In this document: positions 1-9,300 of the stretch, piece by piece
How positions within the stretch are numbered: the first letter of the stretch is position 1
Layout of the letters: every line of letters begins with the position of its first letter
Source of the DNA: a bacterium
GTDB taxonomy: Bacteria; SZUA-182; DTGQ01
Direction of reading: 5' to 3'
Assembly (NCBI GenBank): GCA_040752695.1
Contig: JBFMGO010000001.1
Coordinates: forward strand, 44,249-103,423
DNA: 59,175 nt
Notes under the pieces: generated by a model
Seen by the model: only the letters and a program-made list of their open reading frames with translations
The model's database searches: none
What the model was told of the DNA's origin: nothing
Program-made: the position numbers and the translations under genes

Positions 1-780
1 TGTCACCGATACGGTGACGCTCGATGGCAAAGGGTCGAGCGATGTAGACGGAGATGCCCTGACCTATAGCTGGTCCTTTGTATCAAGGCCATCAGGAAGC
101 AGTGCTGTGCTGTCAAATCCGGCAGCGATTAATCCTGCCTTCGTGGTCGATGTTCCCGGCACGTACGTGGCTCAACTGATCGTCAATGACGGCACGGTGA
201 ACAGTGCGCCAGATACCGTAGTTATAGGTACCGAGAATACCGCCCCTGTGGCCGATGCGGGGCCTGATCGGACTGCGCATGTCACCGATACGGTGACGCT
301 CGATGGCAAAGGGTCGAGCGATGTAGACGGAGATGCCCTGACCTATAGCTGGTCCTTTGTATCAAGGCCATCAGGAAGCAGTGCTGTGCTGTCAAATCCG
401 GCAGCGGTAAATCCAGCGTTCGTGGCTGATGCTCCCGGCACGTACGTGGCTCAATTGATTGTCAATGACGGCACAGCGGGCAGTGCCCCCGATACCGTGG
501 TGATAATCACCGAAAATACTGCCCCTGTGGCCGATGCAGGGCCTGATCGGACTGCGCATGTCACCGATACGGTGACGCTCGATGGCAAAGGGTCGAGCGA
601 TGTAGACGGAGATGCCCTGACCTATAGCTGGTCCTTTGTATCAAGGCCATCAGGAAGCAGTGCTGTGCTGTCAAATCCGGCAGCGGTAAATCCAGCGTTC
701 GTGATGGATGTAGCCGGCATATATAGTGTTCAGCTCATTGTCAGCGACGGTATTGAAAGCAGCTTCCCTGACACGGTGAG
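1..780 (+). repeat. 279-bp tandem repeat (~2.8 copies visible) encoding PKD-like units
   Basis: tgtcaccgatacggtgacgctcgatggc occurs at 1, 280 and 559. Confidence 0.95.
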
Positions 781-3700
781 AATAGAAACTGCTCCGCCGG
801 ACATTATCACCTTGAGTCCGTCTTTAGTGTCCATGCTCACAAGAAGCACCCGGACGATGAATATCAGCTTAAACAGCCCTGCTGGTACGGGTGGTCTTGA
901 TATCGATCTTTCAGCCGGCAATGCACTGGTAACCCTCCCGGCTCGTGTCACTGTGCCCCAAGGCCAGAGCAGCGCTGCCTTTACCATAGCGTCGGCTGTG
1001 GATACGGGATCTATAACCGTTTCAGCATCGGCAGCCGGTTTAACCGGTGATGACAGTTCGGTGACAGTACAGCCACGGACCTTTACTTTATCGAGTCCTT
1101 TAGTGGGAATCGACCGAACGGTGCGGGGAACCATTGCCCTGGCTCAGCCTGCGCCCTCAGGTGGTGCTACTATTGCTCTTTCGGTTGCCAATACTGGCGT
1201 TGCAGCCGTGTCCCCGGCAACCGTCACTATCCTTGAGGGATATACAACCGGAAATTTCGAGCTGACCGGCGGCTTATCCGCTGGATCCACCACGATTACT
1301 GCTGATGGTATGGATGACGGGTATAGTACACAGACTCTGGACATCACGGTTACTGACTGGCTTCTTGATCTTCCGCCGGCCAGGGAACTTGCCCTTGGTC
1401 AGACCGACAGCATTTGGGTTTTTATAGCTCCTCATCCGGCACCGGCTGGCGGATTCGAGATTTCCATACAAAGCAGTGATTCCTCGCTGGTGGATGTTTT
1501 AACGCCTGCCGTAACCATTCCCGAAGGCGCATGGTCCGCTACCGGGATCATCCGGGCCAGTACAGGCAGTACGGGTACGGTTATGATCACTGCAAGCAAC
1601 CCAAACTTTGCACCTGATACCATGCAGGTAACGGTAACTGCCTCTCTGAATATTCTCGAGTCTTTTTCCAGCTTCGGAGATATGAGTACTGACACCATCG
1701 CTGTTCAATTGGAGAGCGGCGGTCATCCATTTCCCGCTCCCCCTGGAGGGCTCACCATTACCCTGACCTCCGCTGATCCTGGCTGTGTAGCAGTCGCTCC
1801 TTCAATCACGATCCCTGAAGGTGCAACTTTTGGAACGGCTGCCTTGACTTATGGCGACAGCACAAGCCTGCCATGTACCACAACCGTGACTGCGGGTTCA
1901 TCATTATTCGGATCGGATACGGTTGAGGTGACGGTCGGCCAAACTCCCGATCTTGGGAATATCATCGCGAGCAGTAGCAGTGGGCGTGTAGGTTCGGGCC
2001 TTCAGCAGCAATACAGGATGAATCTTTCTACAGCCAACCACGGTGGAGTCACCGTTCAGATGAAAAGCAGTGATCCATCCGTTGCCCTGCTTGCTCCCGA
2101 TGCCACTACAGCCGGATTGCCGGTGACTGAAATTTTCGTTCCTGACGGGCAAAATTACTATTATTTTTATATCCAGGGAGTATGTCTCGCTACAGGGATC
2201 GCTACTATCACCGCAAAATCAGTCCGTTTCAACCAGGGAAGCATGAGCATCGACATAGTACAGCCTGTGTTGGTGATTACCGGTCTTGCTGCCAGTACGA
2301 GCACTCTGTCAGCGGATGATCCGTTCTATGTGCGATGCGGTATTTTAAACACATCCGGGACGGGCATCAGCGGTTATCAGAATGCAAGTGCAGGGACGGA
2401 TGGAGTGACGGTGACCTTAACCAGCAGTAATGCAGCAGTCGGGCAATTGATAACCAGCGCAGGAAACGGTGGTTCGGTGACTGTGGTCATACCGGCGAAT
2501 GATAATAACTCTCCCACCAGTGTAACAGCAGGCGGCGCGGCCTTCGATCCTGCAGGGAGCGGCACGGTAACGGTTTCAGCCGCATCCCCTGGCTTTGACA
2601 ATACCTGGTCTGGATCATCCGCAGCGGTTACCGTATCCCAGCCGGGTATTACCTTCTCTGGTGCTAACTACTATCGGGTAGGTGCCGGGCTTCAGGTTCA
2701 AGGGGCCATATCCCTTGGCGGGAGCGATCACGGTGGCGTGAACGTTCGTATTTCCAGCAGCGATGATACGAAAGCGCGCATAGCACCGTATGCTGCCACG
2801 GCTGGATCATCATTTGTCGATCTTTTCATCCCGAATGGACAGAGCACAGGGTATTTTTACCTCCAGGGGGTAAGCCAGACAACGGGCAGCGTGGGTCTTA
2901 CGGCTACCAGTGAGCTGTTCAGCGGTGGAGCAGCCACCGCTGACATCGTCCAGCCTGTGCTGGTGATTACCAATCTTGCCGCCAGTACGAGCACTCTGTC
3001 AGCGGATGATCCGTTCTATGTGAGGTGCGGTATCTTGAACACAGCCGGGACAGCTATAGAAACCTGGCAGTATGCAAGTGCAGGCACGGGTGGAGTGACG
3101 GTGACCTTAACCAGCAGTGATCCATCGGTCGGGCAGTTGATAACCAGCGCCGGAAGCGGTGACACGGTGACTGTGGTCATACCGGTGAATGATGATCACT
3201 CTCCCACCAGTGTAACAGCAGGCGGTGCGGCCCTCGATCCAGTAGGTGGCGGTACGGTAACGGTTTCTGCCACAGCTCCTGGCTTTGACAGCACCTGGTC
3301 TGGATCGTCCGCAACGGCTGCCGTATCCCAGCCGGGTATTGCCTTCTCTGCCAGTAACTATCGGGTAGGGGCCGGGCTTCAGACTCAAGGCTATGTATCC
3401 CTTGGCGGGAGCGATCATGGCGGTGTGACCGTTCGCGTCACCAGCAGTAATCCTACGGTAGCGCGTCTGGCATCGGGTGCTACTACGGCTGGAACATCTT
3501 TTATCGATCTTTCCATTCCTGACGGGCAGAGTACGGGTTATTTTTACCTCCAGGGGGTAAGCCAGACAACGGGCAGCGTGAGTCTTACAGCTACAAGTCC
3601 CTTGTTTAGCGATGGAGCAGCCACCGCTGACATCCTCCAGCCTGTGCTGCGTATTGAGGGTCTTGCTGCCAGTACGAGCGCTCTGTCAGCGGACGATCCG

Positions 3701-4705
3701 TTCTATGTGCGGTGCGGTATCTTGAACACGGCCGGGACGGGTGTCGGCGATTATCAGAATGCAAGTGCAGGGACGGGTGGAGTGCCGGTGACCTTAGCCA
3801 TCAGTAATGCAGCAGTCGGGCATTTGGTAACCAGTGCAGGAAATGGCGGCTCGGTGACTGTGATCATACCGGTGAATGATGATCACTCTCCCACCAGTGT
3901 AACAGCAGGTGGTGCTGCTTTCGATCCTGTAGGAATCGGCACGGTAACGGTTTCAGCCACAGCTCCAGGCTTTGACAACACCTGGTCTGGATCGTATCAA
4001 ACGGTTGCCGTATCCCAGCCGGGTATTACCTTCTCTTCCAGTAACAATCGGGTAGGGGCCGGGCTTCAGACTCAAAGGTCCATAACTCTCGGCGGGAGCG
4101 ATCATGGTGGTGTGACCGTTCGCATCACCAGCAGTGACCCGACGATAGCGCGCTTGGCATCAGGTGCCACTACGGCTGGAACATCTTTTATCGATCTTTC
4201 CATTCCTGACGGGCAGAGTACGGGTTATTTTTACCTCCAGGGGGTAAGCCAGGCAACGGGCAGCGTGAGTCTTACAGCCACAAGTCCCTTGTTTAGCGAT
4301 GGAGCAGCCACCGCTGACATCCTCCAGCCTGTGCTGGTAATTACCAATCTTGCTCCCAGCACGACCACTCTTTCAGCGGACGATCCGTTCTATGTGCGGT
4401 GCTGTATCTTGAACACAGCCGGGACGGGTATTGACAGTTATCAGAATGTGAGTGCAGAGGGTGATTTGACGGTGACCTTAACCAGCAGTGATCCATCGGT
4501 CGGGCAGTTAGTAACCAGCGCAGGAAGTGCTGACTCGGTGACTATGATCATACCGGTAAATTCCTTCCGAACTCCTACCAGTGTATCATCAGGTGGTGTG
4601 GCCTTCGATCCGGTCGCGGCAGGGGAAACGACGGTTTCGGCCTTGGCATCCGGCTTTGATTCCTTGTGGAGCGGAGCATCCCTGACGGTTGTGGTTTCTC
4701 CATGA
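2..4705 (+). CDS. Giant repetitive surface protein/adhesin, 5'-truncated: PKD/REJ-like 93-aa repeats, Ig-like domains, then ~230-aa Ig-like tandem repeats
   Basis: Frame is open from base 2 (VTDTVTL...) to TGA at 4705. Repeats 'NTAPVADAGPD..VTLDGKGSSDVDGDALTYSW' are typical PKD-like units. Ser/Thr/Gly/Ala-rich, beta-rich composition. Confidence 0.85.
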   Translation, partial: VTDTVTLDGKGSSDVDGDALTYSWSFVSRPSGSSAVLSNPAAINPAFVVDVPGTYVAQLIVNDGTVNSAPDTVVIGTENTAPVADAGPDRTAHVTDTVTLDGKGSSDVDGDALTYSWSFVSRPSGSSAVLSNPAAVNPAFVADAPGTYVAQLIVNDGTAGSAPDTVVIITENTAPVADAGPDRTAHVTDTVTLDGKGSSDVDGDALTYSWSFVSRPSGSSAVLSNPAAVNPAFVMDVAGIYSVQLIVSDGIESSFPDTVRIETAPPDIITLSPSLVSMLTRSTRTMNISLNSPAGTGGLDIDLSAGNALVTLPARVTVPQGQSSAAFTIASAVDTGSITVSASAAGLTGDDSSVTVQPRTFTLSSPLVGIDRTVRGTIALAQPAPSGGATIALSVANTGVAAVSPATVTILEGYTTGNFELTGGLSAGSTTITADGMDDGYSTQTLDITVTDWLLDLPPARELALGQTDSIWVFIAPHPAPAGGFEISIQSSDSSLVDVLTPAVTIPEGAWSATGIIRASTGSTGTVMITASNPNFAPDTMQVTVTASLNILESFSSFGDMSTDTIAVQLESGGHPFPAPPGGLTITLTSADPGCVAVAPSITIPEGATFGTAALTYGDSTSLPCTTTVTAGSSLFGSDTVEVTVGQTPDLGNIIASSSSGRVGSGLQQQYRMNLSTANHGGVTVQMKSSDPSVALLAPDATTAGLPVTEIFVPDGQNYYYFYIQGVCLATGIATITAKSVRFNQGSMSIDIVQPVLVITGLAASTSTLSADDPFYVRCGILNTSGTGISGYQNASAGTDGVTVTLTSSNAAVGQLITSAGNGGSVTVVIPANDNNSPTSVTAGGAAFDPAGSGTVTVSAASPGFDNTWSGSSAAVTVSQPGITFSGANYYRVGAGLQVQGAISLGGSDHGGVNVRISSSDDTKARIAPYAATAGSSFVDLFIPNGQSTGYFYLQGVSQTTGSVGLTATSELFSGGAATADIVQPVLVITNLAASTSTLSADDPFYVRCGILNTAGTAIETWQYASAGTGGVTVTLTSSDPSVGQLITSAGSGDTVTVVIPVNDDHSPTSVTAGGAALDPVGGGTVTVSATAPGFDSTWSGSSATAAVSQPGIAFSASNYRVGAGLQTQGYVSLGGSDHGGVTVRVTSSNPTVARLASGATTAGTSFIDLSIPDGQSTGYFYLQGVSQTTGSVSLTATSPLFSDGAATADILQPVLRIEGLAASTSALSADDPFYVRCGILNTAGTGVGDYQNASAGTGGVPVTLAISNAAVGHLVTSAGNGGSVTVIIPVNDDHSPTSVTAGGAAFDPVGIGTVTVSATAPGFDNTWSGSYQTVAVSQPGITFSSSNNRVGAGLQTQRSITLGGSDHGGVTVRITSSDPTIARLASGATTAGTSFIDLSIPDGQSTGYFYLQGVSQATGSVSLTATSPLFSDGAATADILQPVLVITNLAPSTTTLSADDPFYVRCCILNTAGTGIDSYQNVSAEGDLTVTLTSSDPSVGQLVTSAGSADSVTMIIPVNSFRTPTSVSSGGVAFDPVAAGETTVSALASGFDSLWSGASLTVVVSP
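2261..4700 (+). repeat. 687-690-bp tandem repeat (~3.5 copies) in the adhesin C-terminal half
   Basis: cagcctgtg(t/c)tg anchor at 2261, 2951, 3638 and 4325. Protein motif 'QPVL.I..LA.ST..LSADDPFYVRC' occurs four times. Confidence 0.95.
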
Positions 4706-4829
4706 GTCAGGATTTCTCCATGATACAAATCAGGAACCATGAACAATAGTATCTATAAGTAAGATCCACAAATAAGTAAGATCCATGAACAGGATCTTGT
4801 AAACAGGATCTTGTAAACTGGAGCAATTG

Positions 4830-4861
4830 AGGGGTGAGGCTCTTGAAAGAGCCTCACCCCT
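4830..4861. terminator. Hairpin between convergent genes (probable terminator)
   Basis: aggggtgaggctct-tgaa-agagcctcacccct, a 14-bp perfect stem overlapping the kinase stop codon. Confidence 0.65.
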
Positions 4862-7800
4862 TCGCTTTGAGAGCCTCTTTCACGGCCTGAAGCAGGTTGT
4901 TGAGCGTGAATGGTTTTTTAAGGAAGCGAAAGTTTCTCTCCCGGATGAGCGGCCACTGTGATTTTTCATCCGTATAGCCGCTGCACAGTAGAACCCGGAG
5001 TTGAGGCTTACGGGAGAGAAGCTGCTCAACGAGTTCAAGGCCATTCTGGCCGGGGAGGGCTACATCACTGAAGACCAGGTGAATATTCCCCTTTTCTTTC
5101 TCGAAGATATCGAGGGCTTCTTCCGCGCTTGCAGCTTCAAATACACAAAAGCCGTTTTCGCGGAGCATTCTCAGTGTATATTCGCGGACCTCGTCTTCAT
5201 CCTCCACCAGCAGAATCCGCTCTCCGCTCCCTCGGGATTTCAGCGGTGAAATAACCTTGAGAGTTTCGTCCTCCGGCCTGGTGATGGCCAGGGCCGGCAG
5301 GTACACCCTGAATGTTGCACCCTGTCCCGCCTCACTCTCGACATGGATAAATCCTTCATGCTGTTTCACGATGCCGTAGACGGTGGAAAGCCCCAATCCG
5401 GTACCTTTTCCCAGTTCTTTGGTACTGAAAAAAGGCTCGAAGATATGATCGATAATCCCTTTATCTATGCCGACTCCGGTGTCTGACACCGACAGGCAGA
5501 CAAACCCGCCGGGGGCCGCTTCAGAAGCGGCGTAGCCAGGTTCTTTTTCCAGAACCATCCGAGTCACATTCTCGGTCCTGATGTTGAGGCTGCCTCCTTT
5601 TGGCATGGCATCCCTGGCATTGACGGCCAGGTTCATGATGACCTGCTCGATCTGGCCGGGATCGGCCTTTATTCGCTCGAGATTCGGTTCAAGGTGTGCA
5701 GTCAGGACGATATCCTCGCCGATGAGGCGGCGGAGCATCTTTTGCATATCAGTGATCAGCTCATTCAGGTCCAGGATTTTAGGCTGAAGCATCTGGCCGC
5801 GGCTGAAAGCCAGAAGTTGGCGGGTCAGGGACGCTGCCCGCTCACCCGCCTTTCTGATCATTTCGATCTCCCGGTACATGGGAGCGCCTTCTTTCATGCG
5901 GCCCAGCAAAAATTCGCTGTAGCCTCTGATAATAACCAGGAGATTGTTGAAATCGTGGGCCACCCCGCCTGCCAGCCTTCCGATGGCCTCCATCTTTTGG
6001 GCATGGAGAAACTGCTTTTGCAACTGTTCCCACTCGGTGACATCCTGAATCGTTTCAATGGCGCCTTTGACCTCTCCGCTGGAGTCCCTAAGCCTGTGTG
6101 CGAGAAAATACAGATTCCTCGGGGTTCCATTGATGAACAAAAGGTCCTTGGCCTCGAAGGCTTCCGGGATGGAGGCACTTTGGGAGAGTCCTTTATCTGT
6201 GTAGAACCTGCTCATAAGTTTGGTGTCCATGTCAAGAACAAGGTCAGCCAGAACCGGCCTTGTTTGCCCCTGATAGAAGATCCCCGAGTTTACCGGCTTG
6301 CCGAGAGCCTGCTCTTTGGATGCACCGGTTAATGCCTCGCAGGCCCTGTTCCACGAGACTACATTATGATTTTGGTCGATGACGAAGGTGGGAATCGGAT
6401 TGCCGTCCAGAATGATCGAGAGCCGCTCCTGTTCTTCTTTGAGTTTGAGAGCTTCCGCTGCCTGCTTGCGCTCGGTGATATCGATAATGATTCCCTGATA
6501 GTGAGTGATCCGGCCATCGGCATCGTATTCGGCTAAAGTCCTGGCATCCACCCAGCGGACTTCTCCGGATTTGGTGATGATGCGGTACTCGTGTTGAAAA
6601 TGCTGGTTTCCAAGGGCTGAGTTTTTTTTCGTTTCCTGCCTGACGCGATCCACATCTTCAGGATGTACGATCGAGATATAGGGGATTTTCCCGTCGAGGA
6701 GTTCCTGCGGCTTATAGCCAAATGTAGCCACGTTTTCGGAAACGAATTCAACCGGCCACCCTTCTTTTACCTTCCACCGGAACAGCACGGTCGGGCTGTT
6801 CTCGATGACCATTTTAGCGCGGCGCAAAAGTTCCTCGGTCCGCTTGCGCTCGTCAATATTCTGAAAATTTTCGACAATACCGGCTAGTTCACCATGGGGC
6901 CCTAAGTAGGGAGTGGCGGTCACCAGGCAGAAGATTTTCGTGCCGTCGCCACGCTCCTTTTCTATATCGCCTTCGATCCGCTGCTCACCGGAGAGTATTC
7001 TGGTCAGGCAGCAGTTGGGAGTATGGCAGAAAGGGCCGTGGAAAACTTCATAGCATTTTTTCCCAACCGCTTCGCCCCTTTTAACACCGGATAGAGTCGA
7101 AAATGTCTCATTGACGCGAGTTACCGTGAAGTTTTTGTCAATCACCCGCATCCCGCCGGCTGCGGTATTGAATAATTGATCGAGTTCTCCATAAGCGCGC
7201 TTGATTTTCTCTTCCGCGATCTTGCGCTCGCTCGTATCGCGGAAAACCAGAACCGTACCGATGACTTCTCCCTGATTGTTTTTAATCGGGGCAGCACTGT
7301 CATCGATCGATATTTGTTTTCCATTTTTGGCTACCAAAAGGGTATTATGCTCCAGCACGGTAACTTCGTTCTTTTCGATTACCTGGATGGTGGGATCCTC
7401 TCTGAGCTTGCCCGTCTTTTCATCGATAATGGTAAAGATATCGGTGAGATGTTTTCCTGCTGCCTCGTCCTGGCTCCATCCGGTCAGTGCCTGGGCAACG
7501 GGATTCATAAAGGTTACAGAGCCCTGTGTGTCTGTGGCAATCACTGCATCACCGATACTGGTAAGCGTAGTCGAAAGCCACTCCCTGCTTTCCTGCATCA
7601 CCTCTTCGGACCGTTTGATGGAGCGAAAAAGAGGGGCAATCAAGGCGATTCCGGCCACCATAAGGACCGATGTGGCCAATGCCACCAGTTCAGCGAATGG
7701 ATCGGGAGTGCTGGCGGGATTCTTTGTCACTATCTGGAGCAGAGGAATGAATCTTCTTATTTCCATGAGGAAAAGAGCTGATACGATCAGTATCCACGAT

Positions 7801-7895
7801 GCACGTCTTTTGGTAATGCGAATCAATCTGAAGGCCAGAAACAAAGCCGCAAGCTGAAGCAGAGTAGAAATGGCCAGAATGAAAACGATATTCAT
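4854..7895 (-). CDS. Hybrid sensor histidine kinase/response regulator (3 N-terminal TM helices, 4 PAS, HisKA, HATPase, REC); CckA-like architecture
   Basis: H-box '[13 protein letters not shown]', N-box '[10 protein letters not shown]', G boxes 'DTGVGI' and 'GTGLGL', REC 'LLVEDE..SDVALP..KPF'. Confidence 0.95.
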   Translation of the reverse strand: MNIVFILAISTLLQLAALFLAFRLIRITKRRASWILIVSALFLMEIRRFIPLLQIVTKNPASTPDPFAELVALATSVLMVAGIALIAPLFRSIKRSEEVMQESREWLSTTLTSIGDAVIATDTQGSVTFMNPVAQALTGWSQDEAAGKHLTDIFTIIDEKTGKLREDPTIQVIEKNEVTVLEHNTLLVAKNGKQISIDDSAAPIKNNQGEVIGTVLVFRDTSERKIAEEKIKRAYGELDQLFNTAAGGMRVIDKNFTVTRVNETFSTLSGVKRGEAVGKKCYEVFHGPFCHTPNCCLTRILSGEQRIEGDIEKERGDGTKIFCLVTATPYLGPHGELAGIVENFQNIDERKRTEELLRRAKMVIENSPTVLFRWKVKEGWPVEFVSENVATFGYKPQELLDGKIPYISIVHPEDVDRVRQETKKNSALGNQHFQHEYRIITKSGEVRWVDARTLAEYDADGRITHYQGIIIDITERKQAAEALKLKEEQERLSIILDGNPIPTFVIDQNHNVVSWNRACEALTGASKEQALGKPVNSGIFYQGQTRPVLADLVLDMDTKLMSRFYTDKGLSQSASIPEAFEAKDLLFINGTPRNLYFLAHRLRDSSGEVKGAIETIQDVTEWEQLQKQFLHAQKMEAIGRLAGGVAHDFNNLLVIIRGYSEFLLGRMKEGAPMYREIEMIRKAGERAASLTRQLLAFSRGQMLQPKILDLNELITDMQKMLRRLIGEDIVLTAHLEPNLERIKADPGQIEQVIMNLAVNARDAMPKGGSLNIRTENVTRMVLEKEPGYAASEAAPGGFVCLSVSDTGVGIDKGIIDHIFEPFFSTKELGKGTGLGLSTVYGIVKQHEGFIHVESEAGQGATFRVYLPALAITRPEDETLKVISPLKSRGSGERILLVEDEDEVREYTLRMLRENGFCVFEAASAEEALDIFEKEKGNIHLVFSDVALPGQNGLELVEQLLSRKPQLRVLLCSGYTDEKSQWPLIRERNFRFLKKPFTLNNLLQAVKEALKAKG

Positions 7896-8133
7896 TGATG
7901 CTTCCTCATAAATACCTTATGCTTTATGCCTTATGCCTTGTACTTTGTACACGATACCTTGCGTACAGTACCTTATGCCTTGTACATATGCTCACAGGGA
8001 AGAGCGGGGGACAATTTTTGTCTTTTTATATCATGGCAGGTTGGTAGATAGCAACATGAATGGAAGGTACCCCGCCTGTTTTTTTCTCTGGAATGGTATC
8101 CTTGCTGCTTCCAGCCTTTCACCTGCTGACAGA

Positions 8134-9300
8134 TCAGTGACAGCTCAGTGAGAGCATCAATCCGATTACCTTGATTTTGTTTATGTCAATGTCATTTCCC
8201 ATGATAGTCAGCAGGGCATTTCGAAAAGATGCTCCCAGGGAAAAAGCCTGGTAGTTCAGGTTATATCCTGCATGGAAAGACAAATTGCCTGTGGCCTGGC
8301 AGTACAGGTCGAGCCAGTAAAATGGCCTGGACTCTATAAGACACACCGCAGGGGTCAGCGTGAAAGATCCCAGCCGGTAAGAGAAAAGTATATCCGTTTT
8401 CAGCGGGATTTTCTGGGTATAGTCCTTGTATCCCTCATAGCCCCGGATGAGCGGGCGGTAGGTCTGATAGCCGTCGCTATCGTACCCTTGAGTATCGGAA
8501 GTGGCATCGGCAGTCGTGTAGGGAGTATCCTGCCAGTAGATCCTTCCCCCTATGTCTCTGAACAGGATATCTGCTTTGCATTGTCCGCTCAGGGCATAGT
8601 CGATTCCAAGATCAAAGCTGTATCCCCTGCCGGTGCCGGGAATCGTGGACTGTCTTTCATACACGAGGTTTCTGTCATAAGCGTAATCAATGAATAGATT
8701 AAACCAATAGCTCGTCTTGCCCGTGGGCATGAATTGCCCTGTTATATAACCTTCCTGCAATTCGTCTCCCTGAAGGTAGCGGAGCGTGATTCCCATGGAT
8801 AATCCGGGAATCATACGGTCTAATCTCGATCCTTTTGACACTTCGAGGCTGAATGCTGAAAACCCGCTGGACCGAATATCTACGGTAAAGATTTCTCCAA
8901 CAGGCAGATTCTGCTTCTTATTTATCATCCGCAGAACCTGCACGGTGTCCCCGTTCGCTTCCATGTACACCTCGCCCCGGTAGAATGCTGCAAACCGAAA
9001 GCCGTGGTAGAAAAGACCTGTACCAGTATTCCAGGATGCATCCAGCCTGTTTGCATTATCAAGGAGAGATGGCCCCTGGGGGCGGTCAAGGAATATGTGT
9101 TGGAGAGAGCGGGTATTCTCTGCACCGAATGCCTTTGCCTCAAGGAAGATACCGGTTTTTTCCCCTGTCAGGGATGCAGGATTGAAACCGGAATAAGGGT
9201 TCTGACTGAAGGCGGGTGACAGGAGGCCAAAAAGAAGATACCAATAAATGATAAGGGCGGCCAGAGCCGCCCTTATCCATATCAACACCGGCTTTATCAA
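8134..9300 (-). CDS. Probable outer-membrane beta-barrel protein (TraF/DUF5723/FadL-clan-like)
   Basis: Signal peptide ending AFS|Q followed by 'NPA'. Amphipathic strands 'MGITLRYLQG', 'GYSFDLGIDY' and 'FRDIGGRIYW'. The TTG start overlaps the upstream stop. Confidence 0.65.
   Translation of the reverse strand: MIKPVLIWIRAALAALIIYWYLLFGLLSPAFSQNPYSGFNPASLTGEKTGIFLEAKAFGAENTRSLQHIFLDRPQGPSLLDNANRLDASWNTGTGLFYHGFRFAAFYRGEVYMEANGDTVQVLRMINKKQNLPVGEIFTVDIRSSGFSAFSLEVSKGSRLDRMIPGLSMGITLRYLQGDELQEGYITGQFMPTGKTSYWFNLFIDYAYDRNLVYERQSTIPGTGRGYSFDLGIDYALSGQCKADILFRDIGGRIYWQDTPYTTADATSDTQGYDSDGYQTYRPLIRGYEGYKDYTQKIPLKTDILFSYRLGSFTLTPAVCLIESRPFYWLDLYCQATGNLSFHAGYNLNYQAFSLGASFRNALLTIMGNDIDINKIKVIGLMLSLSCH

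Noticed and set aside
2261..4700. Diversity-generating retroelement TR/VR pair in the adhesin repeats
   Set aside because: Differences are not adenine-specific, all copies are coding, and no reverse transcriptase is in the window.
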